Positions 32,173 to 41,959 of a DNA stretch of 64,000 nucleotides are shown one piece after another. Within the stretch, counting starts at the first letter, position 1, and every line of letters starts with the position of its first letter. The position numbers and the translations under genes are program-made. Below the pieces are notes generated by a model, which was not told the origin of the DNA, ran no database searches, and saw only the letters and a list, made by a program, of their open reading frames with translations. The stretch is from an uncultured bacterium (GTDB taxonomy: Bacteria; Bacillota; Clostridia; Lachnospirales; Lachnospiraceae): the NCBI GenBank assembly GCA_905214875.1, contig CAJMNR010000022.1, positions 422 to 64,421 of the forward strand, read 5' to 3'.

Positions 32173-33354
32173 ATGTCAAGGAAATTATGTTTTTCAGTAG
32201 TAATGTTTGGAGATTTCTCCATCAATTACGAGGACAACGTACTTTCTGATAAGGGCAAATATTCAAAAAAATGTCTTAGTATCTTGGAGTACTTATTTGC
32301 CAATCGCAAAAACCGATATTCCAACAACGATATTATTGATGTTTTTTGGCCAGACGACACAAGCGAGAATCCGCTCGGTGCACTGAAGACTTTACTACAT
32401 CGGACGAGAACTATGCTTAAGAATGCTGGTTACCCAGACAATATGATCATCCAGAGCAATGGTACATATTGTTTGAATAACGAATATTCCTATGAAGTAG
32501 ATTTTGAAGAACTTGATTTACTTAACCAACAATTAACGCAAATAAATAATAAATCCGATCGCCTCGCGTTATATCATCGTGTATTTCAGCTATATCAAGG
32601 ATCATTTCTTTCAAAATCTTCTTATGAATCCTGGGTATTACCCATTAATGCTTATTATCATTCTCTTTATCTCAAGCTTATGAATGAATACATAACTCTC
32701 TTGCTCAAAGAGGAAGAGTATAATCTAATCTCAACCATTTGCTGTCGGGCACTTTCCATCGACAACTTTGATGAGGATTTACATTATTACTTTATATACG
32801 CTCTCTATAAATCCGGAAAACAATCTGCTGCCATTGAACAATACAATCTGACAATCGATCTTTTAAGAACCAAATACAACGTAACCCCTTCGGAGCGTTT
32901 CATAGATCTATACAAACAGATTACGAATGTACCAGGAACCAAAAACAACGATCTTAATTCAATTAAAGACACTTTAAAAGAAAAGAATGTACGAAAAGGA
33001 GGATTCTTCTGCGTATATGTATTTTTCAAAGAAGTTTACCAACTTGTTGTAAGGGGAAGTAAGCGTTCTGGCGAACCAACTTATCTGTGTCTACTCTCAA
33101 TCGAGAACCAATATAACGGGATTCTTGAGAAAGGTACCATTGATAAAGCCATGGAATATTTATTCCAGTCAATCCTATCATCACTTCGTAACTGTGATAT
33201 CTTTTCACAATACAGCCCATGTCAATTTATTTTGTTACTTCCAAATACGGGAGAACTTGGAGGGAAAATCGTGCTCAATAGAATAATGCTTAAGTTTCAG
33301 ACCATTAATACAACAATAACGAAAGTGACAATAAAATCATTATCCGTAGATTGA
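32173..33354 (+). CDS. SARP/BTAD-domain regulator with a degenerate GGDEF-like C-terminal domain
   Basis: N-terminal winged-helix (LKTLLHRTRTML), BTAD (LYQGSFL..ESW..D.FDEDLH), C-terminal LRNCDIFSQYSPCQFILLLP. Confidence 0.8.
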   Translation: MSRKLCFSVVMFGDFSINYEDNVLSDKGKYSKKCLSILEYLFANRKNRYSNNDIIDVFWPDDTSENPLGALKTLLHRTRTMLKNAGYPDNMIIQSNGTYCLNNEYSYEVDFEELDLLNQQLTQINNKSDRLALYHRVFQLYQGSFLSKSSYESWVLPINAYYHSLYLKLMNEYITLLLKEEEYNLISTICCRALSIDNFDEDLHYYFIYALYKSGKQSAAIEQYNLTIDLLRTKYNVTPSERFIDLYKQITNVPGTKNNDLNSIKDTLKEKNVRKGGFFCVYVFFKEVYQLVVRGSKRSGEPTYLCLLSIENQYNGILEKGTIDKAMEYLFQSILSSLRNCDIFSQYSPCQFILLLPNTGELGGKIVLNRIMLKFQTINTTITKVTIKSLSVD

Positions 33355-33541
33355 ACAAAGTGTGTGTTCCACACACTCTCGCGTCTTTTGTATTTTTCAA
33401 GGAACGCACACTTTGCCCGCGCCGAACCTGGTCGCAATAGCGACATCTTCCTTTCAGGTGAGTGCGCATCACACGCCCCGCTTTTTGGGACATTTTTAAT
33501 TGTTAGGAAAGAGCTCGACAGAGAAATTTCCTAACAATTAA
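33353..33541. repeat. Dispersed hairpin repeat, copy 3 (longest)
   Basis: Extra 5' hairpin module (caaagtgtgtgttcc/ggaacgcacactttg) plus the core shared with copies 1 and 2; abuts the polC terminator. Confidence 0.95.
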
Positions 33542-33542
33542 C

Positions 33543-33577
33543 AAAGGGCAGCCGCTATCTCAAGCGACTGCCCTCTT
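33543..33577. terminator. polC terminator
   Basis: agggcagccgct-atctca-agcgactgccct hairpin. Confidence 0.8.
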
Positions 33578-33584
33578 ATTTTTA

Positions 33585-36500
33585 TTAAAAGATATCAAAG
33601 ATACTTAACTGATCGGATTCTGGAAGGTGAGATAAGATATCCAAATCAACCATTAAGTCGATTACGGATTGGGATACCTTCGTTCTTGTCTTAAAGTCAT
33701 TTCTAGACATGAACGCACCATCCTTTGCTGCTTCTACTACTGCCTCGGCGGCCTTGTCACCAAGACCATCGATCGTACTAAATGGTGGAAGCAGTTTTCC
33801 ATCAACAATTTGGAAGTTCTTCGAATCAGATTTATAAATATCGATTGGAAGGAACTCAAATCCTCTTGCATACATTTCCTGTACACAACGCATATCTTTA
33901 TACGTATCTTGTTCTTTCTTCGTCAGTTCATTACTACGTTTCTTATAGTCTTTCATATGAGCTTCTAATCTGCTTTGGCCAAGACACATAAGCTCGTAGT
34001 TGAATGCCGAAGCACGAATACTGAAGTATGCGGCATAATACGCAAGTGGATAATACACTTTAAAGTACGCGATTCTAAATGCCATCATAACGTAGGCTAC
34101 CGCATGGGCTTTCGGGAACATGTACTTGATTCGTTTACATGATTCAATATACCAGTCCTCGATATTTGCTGCTTTCATCGCCTCTTCCATTTCTGGTTTT
34201 AACCCTTTACCTTTACGAACACTTTCCATGATTTTGAAGGCCAAACCATTCTCAACACCTTTATAAATTAGGAATGTCATAATATCATCACGGGTACAGA
34301 TTGCTGTTGATAAGGTACAGTTTCCATTTGCAATGAAATACTGCGCATTATTAAGCCAAACGTCGGTACCATGACTAAGTCCCGAAATACGTACAAGATC
34401 CGAGAATGTCTTTGGTTTCGTATCACGAAGCATCTGCATAACGAAGTCCGTACCAAACTCAGGGATACCAAGAGATCCAAGATTACAATCCATTAAGTCT
34501 TTTGGTTCAATCCCTAACGCTTCTGTTGATTCAAACAAGGATAATACCTTTTCATCATCCATTCGGATTGTCTGGGCATCTACTCCTGTCAAATCCTCCA
34601 GCATACGAATCATCGTCGGATCATCGTGACCGAGAATATCAAGTTTTAACAAGTTGTGATCGATGGAGTGGTAATCAAAATGTGTCGTTACTGTCTCCGT
34701 CGTCATATCATTCGCTGGTCGTTGTACCGGTGTAAAAGAGTAGATTTCTTCTCCGATAGGAAGAACAATGATACCACCTGGATGCTGTCCCGTCGTTCTA
34801 CGAACCCCTACGCAGCCGGATACGATACGGTCAATTTCCGCATTTCTCTTCTTTTCTCCATGCTCTTCATAATAGTTCTTAACAAAACCAAACGCTGTCT
34901 TTTCCGCAAGAGTACCGATGGTACCTGCACGGAATGTCTGGCCTTTACCAAAGATAACTTCTGTATAATCATGGGCTTTCGCCTGATATTCACCTGAGAA
35001 GTTAAGATCGATATCCGGTTCCTTATCTCCATAGAATCCAAGGAACGTTTCGAACGGAATATCATGTCCATCCTTAGATAATGGCTTTCCGCAATTTGGA
35101 CACAGCTTATCTGGCATATCACAACCCGAACTACCTGCATATTGTTTTACTTCTTCGGAAGTAAAATCAGAATAGAAACAGTTCGTACAATAGTAATGGG
35201 CAGGCAGTGGATTAACTTCTGTAATACCGGCCATTGTAGCAACAAAGGAGGAACCTACGGAACCACGGGAACCTACCAAGTAACCATCTTCATTGGATTT
35301 CCATACTAGTTTCTGTGCAATGATATACATTACGGCGAAACCATTGGAAATAATGGAGTTAAGCTCATGTTCCAGTCTGGATTTTACCTGCTCCGGCAGG
35401 TTTGGACCATACATGGATTCTGCCTTTGTATAACAGATCTCACGAAGCGTCTTATCCGAATCTTCAATGACTGGAGGACATTTATCCGGACGAACCGGAC
35501 TAATCGTATCTATCATATCTGCAATCATGTTCGTATTGGTAATTACGACTTCTTTTGCTTTTGCACTTCCAAGATAATCAAACTCTTGAAGCATCTCTTC
35601 TGTCGTTCTAAAGTAAAGCGGCGGCTGGTTATCCGCATCCTTAAATCCTTTCCCTGCCATGATTACCCTACGATAGATCTCGTCCTCAGGATCAAGGAAA
35701 TGGGCATCACATGTGGCTACAACTGGCTTTTCATAACGATCGCCCAGTTCGATGATACGACGGTTCAGTTCGATTAAGTCTTCCTTAGAACTTACTTCGT
35801 ATTTATCACTTTCAATCATAAACTCATTGTTTCCAAGAGGTTGGATTTCAAGATAATCATAAAAGTCTACAATACGTTTTACTTCTGATTCCGGCTGATT
35901 ACGGACAATTGCCTGGAACACCTCGCCGGCTTCACAAGCAGAACCGATGATCAAGCCTTCCCTATTCTCTGCTAAGAGACTTTTTGGAATTCTAGGTCTT
36001 CTCGAGAAGTAATCGATATGCGACTTGGATACTAAGCGATATAGATTTACACGGCCAACATCATTTTTAGCAAGTATAATGATATGGTAGGTTGGAAGTT
36101 TCTTAATTCCGTCCGGTGTCAATTTATACGTTTCATTTAGCTCTGCAAATGTCTTAATCTCTTTTTCCTTCAGCATATCAACGAAACGAAGGAAGATTCC
36201 TGCTGTTGCTTCTGCATCATCTACTGCACGGTGATGGTTCTCTAAGGAGATTCCTAATTCCTTTGCAACAAGATTTAATTTAAACTTGCTTAAGTTTGGA
36301 AGTAACACACGGGCTAATGCCACCGTATCAAGTACTGTATAGTCGATGTCGATTCCCATAAGTTTTGCCTTATAGGTAATAAATCCAACATCAAAGGAAG
36401 CGTTGTGTGCAACTAAGACACAACCTTCACAAAACTCTAAGAATTCTGGAAGGATTTCTTCTATTGTCCTTGCATCCTTTACATCTTCATCGGTAATGGA

Positions 36501-38006
36501 TGTTAACTCGGTAATTCGGGCAGGAATACGCACGCCAGGATTAATAAATGTGGAATAACGGTCTACGACCTTTCCTTCCATTACTTTAACCGCACCGATT
36601 TCGATAATATGATTGATACTGGAGTCAAAACCTGTCGTCTCGATATCGAAAACAACGCAAGGAGACGTGATTTCCTGTCCTTTTTCATTTTCTACGATTA
36701 ACTTCGTATCATCTACTACATAGCCTTCCATTCCATAGATGATCTTGATTGGATCGTCCTTGCTAATTGCATGGTTTGCTTCTGGGAAGGATTGCACAAC
36801 ACCATGGTCAGTAATGGCAATGGCAGGATGGCCCCATTCCAATGCACGCTTAATTAATGGCTTAACATTGATTACGGCATCCATATCGCTCATTACCGTA
36901 TGACAGTGAAGTTCCACTCGTTTTTCAGGTGCTTCATCTTTTCTCTTTACTGTAAAGTCAGAGATTTTCTTAATGCCGACTACGGAAGAAATACTGATTT
37001 CTTTCGAATAGTTATCATAAAGAGCCATACCTTTTAATAAGATAAATGTTCCTTTTCCTAATGCACCTACCACTTCTTCTGCATCATCTTTATTGATAAA
37101 GATCTTAACAGTAATACTGTCTGTAAAGTCGGTTAAGGAGAACATAAGAAGAGTCTTACCATTACGAAGCTCACGCTCTTCTGTAGAAACGATTTTACCG
37201 TGAACAACTACCTCACCGATTTCATCCTGAATATCCACGATGGATACAAGATCACCTTCAAAGTTACGTCCATAGACAACGCTTGGATCTTTTGGAAGCT
37301 TCTTCTTCGGAGTATACTTCTTGTCTCCAAAGCTCTTCATGCCGCCGCTGTTTCCGCCTGCGTTAGCTGACGCATGTTGCGGTTCCACACGTTTTGGCTG
37401 TTCGACGTGTTCGTTTGAATCTTCGGATTTCTTTTGTTCTTCCTTACGTTGCTGCAATTCTTGCTTATGCTTAAACATAAGTTCTTGATAGTCGTCTTCT
37501 GGTTCTTCTTTTTCCACTGGTGCAAAGTATTCTACCTTAACAGTAATTTGGATTCCGAATCTCTGTTCAAAAGCGTCGACTAAGTATTTTTCTAACACGT
37601 CATAATACTTCTTATTGATGAAATTGTCTTCCATCTCAAAGGTAATGGTATTCCCTTCGATTTTATATTTCTCATGATTGATATAATAGGCACAAATGAC
37701 GCTTTGGTCTTTCATTTCTTCGCCCAATGTGTCTTTATATCGCTTCATGACTGTCTTAAAATCATTTTCATGCTTCAGATTATAATGTTCCTTGATTTGG
37801 ATCTTCCAATCAGGGAATAGCTTTCGCTGCATCATTACTTCCATTGTCTTCACATACTGGTACGGAATGATGTTCTCACTGTCAATGCTAATAATGATAA
37901 TCTGATCTGCCTGCTTTAAAGTAACTTTCGTTACCTCGACGAACTGAAACAGTTCCGTCAATTTATTATTTACTTCAAATTGGTCGAACGACTCAAAAAA
38001 TAACAT
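33585..38006 (-). CDS. polC: DNA polymerase III alpha, PolC type
   Basis: PHP domain (ELHCHT, ITDHG), DEDDh exonuclease (FDIETTG), PDIDLNF. Confidence 0.99.
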   Translation of the reverse strand: MLFFESFDQFEVNNKLTELFQFVEVTKVTLKQADQIIIISIDSENIIPYQYVKTMEVMMQRKLFPDWKIQIKEHYNLKHENDFKTVMKRYKDTLGEEMKDQSVICAYYINHEKYKIEGNTITFEMEDNFINKKYYDVLEKYLVDAFEQRFGIQITVKVEYFAPVEKEEPEDDYQELMFKHKQELQQRKEEQKKSEDSNEHVEQPKRVEPQHASANAGGNSGGMKSFGDKKYTPKKKLPKDPSVVYGRNFEGDLVSIVDIQDEIGEVVVHGKIVSTEERELRNGKTLLMFSLTDFTDSITVKIFINKDDAEEVVGALGKGTFILLKGMALYDNYSKEISISSVVGIKKISDFTVKRKDEAPEKRVELHCHTVMSDMDAVINVKPLIKRALEWGHPAIAITDHGVVQSFPEANHAISKDDPIKIIYGMEGYVVDDTKLIVENEKGQEITSPCVVFDIETTGFDSSINHIIEIGAVKVMEGKVVDRYSTFINPGVRIPARITELTSITDEDVKDARTIEEILPEFLEFCEGCVLVAHNASFDVGFITYKAKLMGIDIDYTVLDTVALARVLLPNLSKFKLNLVAKELGISLENHHRAVDDAEATAGIFLRFVDMLKEKEIKTFAELNETYKLTPDGIKKLPTYHIIILAKNDVGRVNLYRLVSKSHIDYFSRRPRIPKSLLAENREGLIIGSACEAGEVFQAIVRNQPESEVKRIVDFYDYLEIQPLGNNEFMIESDKYEVSSKEDLIELNRRIIELGDRYEKPVVATCDAHFLDPEDEIYRRVIMAGKGFKDADNQPPLYFRTTEEMLQEFDYLGSAKAKEVVITNTNMIADMIDTISPVRPDKCPPVIEDSDKTLREICYTKAESMYGPNLPEQVKSRLEHELNSIISNGFAVMYIIAQKLVWKSNEDGYLVGSRGSVGSSFVATMAGITEVNPLPAHYYCTNCFYSDFTSEEVKQYAGSSGCDMPDKLCPNCGKPLSKDGHDIPFETFLGFYGDKEPDIDLNFSGEYQAKAHDYTEVIFGKGQTFRAGTIGTLAEKTAFGFVKNYYEEHGEKKRNAEIDRIVSGCVGVRRTTGQHPGGIIVLPIGEEIYSFTPVQRPANDMTTETVTTHFDYHSIDHNLLKLDILGHDDPTMIRMLEDLTGVDAQTIRMDDEKVLSLFESTEALGIEPKDLMDCNLGSLGIPEFGTDFVMQMLRDTKPKTFSDLVRISGLSHGTDVWLNNAQYFIANGNCTLSTAICTRDDIMTFLIYKGVENGLAFKIMESVRKGKGLKPEMEEAMKAANIEDWYIESCKRIKYMFPKAHAVAYVMMAFRIAYFKVYYPLAYYAAYFSIRASAFNYELMCLGQSRLEAHMKDYKKRSNELTKKEQDTYKDMRCVQEMYARGFEFLPIDIYKSDSKNFQIVDGKLLPPFSTIDGLGDKAAEAVVEAAKDGAFMSRNDFKTRTKVSQSVIDLMVDLDILSHLPESDQLSIFDIF

Positions 38007-38029
38007 AGCATCCTCCCATTATTGCTATC

Positions 38030-39091
38030 CTAGTTGTTTTCTTTCCAATGTAACAACTCTTCCCGTAACTCATCGAGTAACTTGTCTTCCGGTACTTTCT
38101 TAACAATAACGCCCTTTTTAATGATCAGGCCTTCGCCTTTTCCACCTGCGATACCGATATCTGCTTCTTTCGCTTCTCCTGGGCCATTTACAACGCATCC
38201 CATTACTGCGACTTTGATATCAAGGTCAATGCCTTGTACCATCTGCTCTACCTGATTTGCAAGTGAGATGAGATCAATTTGCGTACGTCCACAAGTCGGA
38301 CAAGAAACTACTTCAATTCCGCCTTTTCTTAATCCTAATGTCTTTAAGATTAATTTGGCAGATTTGATTTCTTCTACTGGGTCCCCAGTTAAGGATACTC
38401 GAATCGTATTGCCGATTCCTTGGTTTAAGATAATTCCAAGACCAACAGAAGATTTAATATTACCGGAAAGGAGAGTTCCTGACTCTGTAATTCCTACATG
38501 TAATGGATATCTTGTCTGTGGCGCAATTAACTCGTGCGTCTTCACGCTCATCAATACATCAGAAGACTTGATACTGATGACTAAATTGTCATAGCCTAAC
38601 TCTTCAATCTGTCTTGCTTTTTCTAAAGCACTTTCTACGATGCCTTCTGCAGTAACGTGGCCGTATTTTTCAATGTATTTTTTCTCTAACGAACCACTGT
38701 TTACACCGACACGAATTGGAATCTCACGTTCCTTTGCCATATCGACTACCGCTTTCACTCGCTCGATTTGTCCAATGTTACCTGGATTGATACGAATCTT
38801 ATCTGCACCATTTTTCATAACTTCAAGTGCTAGTCTATAATCAAAATGAATATCCGCTACCATAGGAATATTCACTTGCTTCTTAATCTTACCGAAACTT
38901 TCTGCAGCTTCCATCGTAGGTACTGCACATCGAATAATATCACAACCCGCCTCTTCAAGACGCTTGATTTGTTCTACTGTCGACTTTACATCTTCGGTTT
39001 TTGTATTTGTCATGGATTGTATTAATATAGGATAATCGCCACCGATATATTTATCACCGATGCGGATGACCTTAGTTTCATTTCTAAGCAT
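38030..39091 (-). CDS. ispG: HMB-PP synthase
   Basis: IQSMTNTKT, ADIHFD, RINPGN, SCPTCGRT, MGCVVNGPGE. Confidence 0.98.
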   Translation of the reverse strand: MLRNETKVIRIGDKYIGGDYPILIQSMTNTKTEDVKSTVEQIKRLEEAGCDIIRCAVPTMEAAESFGKIKKQVNIPMVADIHFDYRLALEVMKNGADKIRINPGNIGQIERVKAVVDMAKEREIPIRVGVNSGSLEKKYIEKYGHVTAEGIVESALEKARQIEELGYDNLVISIKSSDVLMSVKTHELIAPQTRYPLHVGITESGTLLSGNIKSSVGLGIILNQGIGNTIRVSLTGDPVEEIKSAKLILKTLGLRKGGIEVVSCPTCGRTQIDLISLANQVEQMVQGIDLDIKVAVMGCVVNGPGEAKEADIGIAGGKGEGLIIKKGVIVKKVPEDKLLDELREELLHWKENN

Positions 39092-39314
39092 AGCTATCTC
39101 CTTTATCTTTTCATAATGTAAAACATATCTCAGCTATTATACCACACTTTACAATAGTTCACAGAGAAATTTAGAATTGTAATAATACTATTATTTGAAA
39201 TAAATTGAAAATAATTTATCTTTTTCTTTATTTTTCTAATAATTAAGACTATAATAATGACGCAAATAGCTAACACTATTATTTACCAATATCGATTACT
39301 TAAGGAGGAATGTT

Positions 39315-40424
39315 ATGAGCAATAAAAATGCGAATCCAAGTGATCCAGCAAGAGAAAAGAGAGTAGATAAGCTTATCTTCCGTATCTTTTTACTCGTCTT
39401 AATCGCATATGTGGCTTTCTACATCTGGCATACGTATAAAGCAAAAACGAAACCAAAGTTTAGTGCAGATTACAAATTTGGTGTAATCCAAACAACAGAA
39501 GATGAAAATATAAGTTATATCACTTATTACAATAAAGATATGAAAAAAGGATATACACAGAAAATACAAAATGGCCAGGTCGGCGACTCCTTCGAGGCTC
39601 CACAAGTAAACAGCCAAAACGTTTACATGTTAGCAAAAGGCAAAAAGGATTCTGCTAACGAAGAAAAGATCATTGCCGTTAATACAAAGACTTCTAAGAA
39701 GACTTCATATAACGTAAAACAAACTGGCATCACAAATTATCGAGTAGATTCCAAGCATATTTATACTGCCGCAACAACAAATAGTGAACTTGTAATCTCT
39801 CAATATACAAAGAGTTCTAAAAAAACAAAAGAGGTAAATTTAAAAGATGTTACGCTTGACTGCTTCAAAGTTTACAACGAAAAACTATATGTTATCGTTA
39901 CCCCAGTCACAGATAAAAAGGCTACTAAAAGCATGCTAAAGATTATCGATACGAAAACAATGAAGGAAATCTCCTCTATTGATTTATCGATCTACCCTGG
40001 AAAAAAGACAGATTTAGCCTTAGTAAATACAGAATTATATTTTACGTACCAGCCTATTGAAGGCTCCCAAAATAGCACCGGCGGACTTGGTATCTATAAT
40101 CTGGTAACAAAGAAAGTGGAAAAAGCAGATATTAGTCTTGACCAACCAGATCAATTATTTAATTCCAATAATAAATTTATCGTATCCAGCTATTCAAACA
40201 ACAAAGTATCCGTATTAGATTATGTAAACGGTACTACAAAGACTTATGAATTAGAAACGACTCCAAAGCTTTCTAAAGTAACGGATACGTATTTCTACTA
40301 TATGGATGACAGTAAAGTCTACCGTTACAACCTATCTGATTTCAGTTTTGATAAATCTGTAGAGGTACCAATCAAATCTTCTGATAATGCTACCTTCCAT
40401 TTATCAAGCCTATTTATTAAATAA
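39315..40424 (+). CDS. Membrane-anchored extracellular protein, possibly beta-propeller-like
   Basis: AAGGAGG RBS, single TM, repeated beta-rich segments. Confidence 0.65.
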   Translation: MSNKNANPSDPAREKRVDKLIFRIFLLVLIAYVAFYIWHTYKAKTKPKFSADYKFGVIQTTEDENISYITYYNKDMKKGYTQKIQNGQVGDSFEAPQVNSQNVYMLAKGKKDSANEEKIIAVNTKTSKKTSYNVKQTGITNYRVDSKHIYTAATTNSELVISQYTKSSKKTKEVNLKDVTLDCFKVYNEKLYVIVTPVTDKKATKSMLKIIDTKTMKEISSIDLSIYPGKKTDLALVNTELYFTYQPIEGSQNSTGGLGIYNLVTKKVEKADISLDQPDQLFNSNNKFIVSSYSNNKVSVLDYVNGTTKTYELETTPKLSKVTDTYFYYMDDSKVYRYNLSDFSFDKSVEVPIKSSDNATFHLSSLFIK

Positions 40425-40450
40425 CAGATAAAAGTGTTACTCTAGGAATA

Positions 40451-40545
40451 GAACAAAGCGTGTGTTCCACACACGTCCCGCTTTTTGGGACCTTTTTAAT
40501 TGTTAGGAAAGAGCTCGACAGAGAAATTTCCTAACAATTAAAAAA
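40451..40545. repeat. Dispersed hairpin repeat, copy 4 (internally deleted)
   Basis: 5' module joined directly to the 3' modules at CACAC; abuts the rseP terminator. Confidence 0.93.
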
Positions 40546-40585
40546 GACGTGTGCCACGCGAAAACGGACACACGCCTTTTTTTTT
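40545..40585. terminator. Terminator between rseP and the convergent gene
   Basis: gacgtgtg...cacacgcc hairpin with A and T tracts. Confidence 0.7.
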
Positions 40586-40604
40586 GTAAAACCTTTTTTA
40601 TAAC

Positions 40605-41915
40605 CTATCCGATAATTCTCATAATATCATTATAGAATACAAATACCATCAATAACATCAGTGCAATAAATCCAATCATATGGACGAATCCTTCTTTTTC
40701 CGGATCTACTGCCTTTCCTCTGATTGCCTCAATGAATAAGAATACTAAACGCCCTCCATCAAGTGCTGGTAATGGCAATAAGTTCATAACACCAAGGTTG
40801 GCACTTAATAAGATAATTAAGTACGCAAGTTGGATAAATACATATTGAATACTGATTGATGCCGCATATTCATATGAATCACCAATCATCTGGAACATTC
40901 CAACTGGACCAGCAATGTCATTTGTAGTTAACTTACCTGTCACTAATTGTCCTAAACTAGCAACTACTGTCTTAATCCAGAACTTCACTTCGACATAACT
41001 GTATTTTACGATCTTAAGCGGGCTAGTTACCTTACCGCTTCTTGCCTCATTATATACAAACCCAAGTGTATAAGAACTGCTTGTAAGTTTTGGTGTTACC
41101 GTTGCAGTCCCTTCTTGCCCATCGCGTTCATAAACAATAGTGACTGGTTCGCTTGAAAATGGATGTTCATTAATATATTCCGTAAATGCTTCACCGGAAG
41201 CAATTTCTGTTCCATTGATACTTTTCACAATATCATTTGCTTTTAGCCCAGCTGCTTCTGCTGCTCCATCTTTGGATACATCTGTAAACTTTGCAGGACC
41301 AGCATCCGTGCTTCTAGTAATACCAAGCATGTAACGATCATATTTTTTAGGTGTCATCGTTACTTCTTGCTCTTTACCGTCACGTTCAAACGTTACGATT
41401 ACTTCACTATTCTCAACCAATGGATTAAATTGAAAATATACATCGATATCTCTGGAGATATCCACACTCTTACCATTGATCTTTGTAATCTTATCGCCTT
41501 CTTGAATACCAGCTTCTTGGGCAGGATATCCTTTTGCAACATCTGTAACATACGCTTCATCTATACCTGCGAATCCAATAACGAATAATGCAAGCACAAA
41601 TGCTAAAATAAAGTTGAAGATTGGACCAGCTGCAATTACGCTGATTCTAGCCCAAACTCCTTGTTTATTAAATGCTCGTTCATCATCGCATGTCTCATCT
41701 TCTCCAAGCATCATACAGGAACCGCCAAGTGGGAACAACTTGATGGAATATCTAGTCTCTTTCCCTTGGTGACTAAGAAGACGTGGTCCCATACCTAAAG
41801 AAAATTCTGTTACTTTAATACCATTTTTCTTTGCAAGTAAAAAATGGCCAAGTTCATGAAACACCACAATAACACTAAAAACAAGTAGTGCGATTACTAT
41901 TTTCGTTATACTCAT
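40605..41915 (-). CDS. rseP: RIP metalloprotease RseP with two PDZ domains
   Basis: HELGH, AAGPIFN, NLLPLPALDGG. Confidence 0.96.
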   Translation of the reverse strand: MSITKIVIALLVFSVIVVFHELGHFLLAKKNGIKVTEFSLGMGPRLLSHQGKETRYSIKLFPLGGSCMMLGEDETCDDERAFNKQGVWARISVIAAGPIFNFILAFVLALFVIGFAGIDEAYVTDVAKGYPAQEAGIQEGDKITKINGKSVDISRDIDVYFQFNPLVENSEVIVTFERDGKEQEVTMTPKKYDRYMLGITRSTDAGPAKFTDVSKDGAAEAAGLKANDIVKSINGTEIASGEAFTEYINEHPFSSEPVTIVYERDGQEGTATVTPKLTSSSYTLGFVYNEARSGKVTSPLKIVKYSYVEVKFWIKTVVASLGQLVTGKLTTNDIAGPVGMFQMIGDSYEYAASISIQYVFIQLAYLIILLSANLGVMNLLPLPALDGGRLVFLFIEAIRGKAVDPEKEGFVHMIGFIALMLLMVFVFYNDIMRIIG

Positions 41916-41959
41916 TTATTCCTCCTAGATCCCTTTTCATCGAATCCTTATTGTAGACT

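Noticed and set aside
25900..33400. tRNA-integrated island or prophage
   Set aside because: No integrase and no direct duplication of the tRNA 3' end seen; the RT gene lies 5' of the tRNA.
33305..33493. 62-aa ORF on the minus strand
   Set aside because: Lies in the repeat and antisense to the BTAD gene end; not preserved in the other copies.
39161..39172. acagagaaattt as a sixth repeat copy
   Set aside because: Only a 12-nt AT-rich match with no adjacent terminator.
3628..40545. CRISPR array
   Set aside because: Copies are kilobases apart with no repeat-spacer periodicity and no cas genes.
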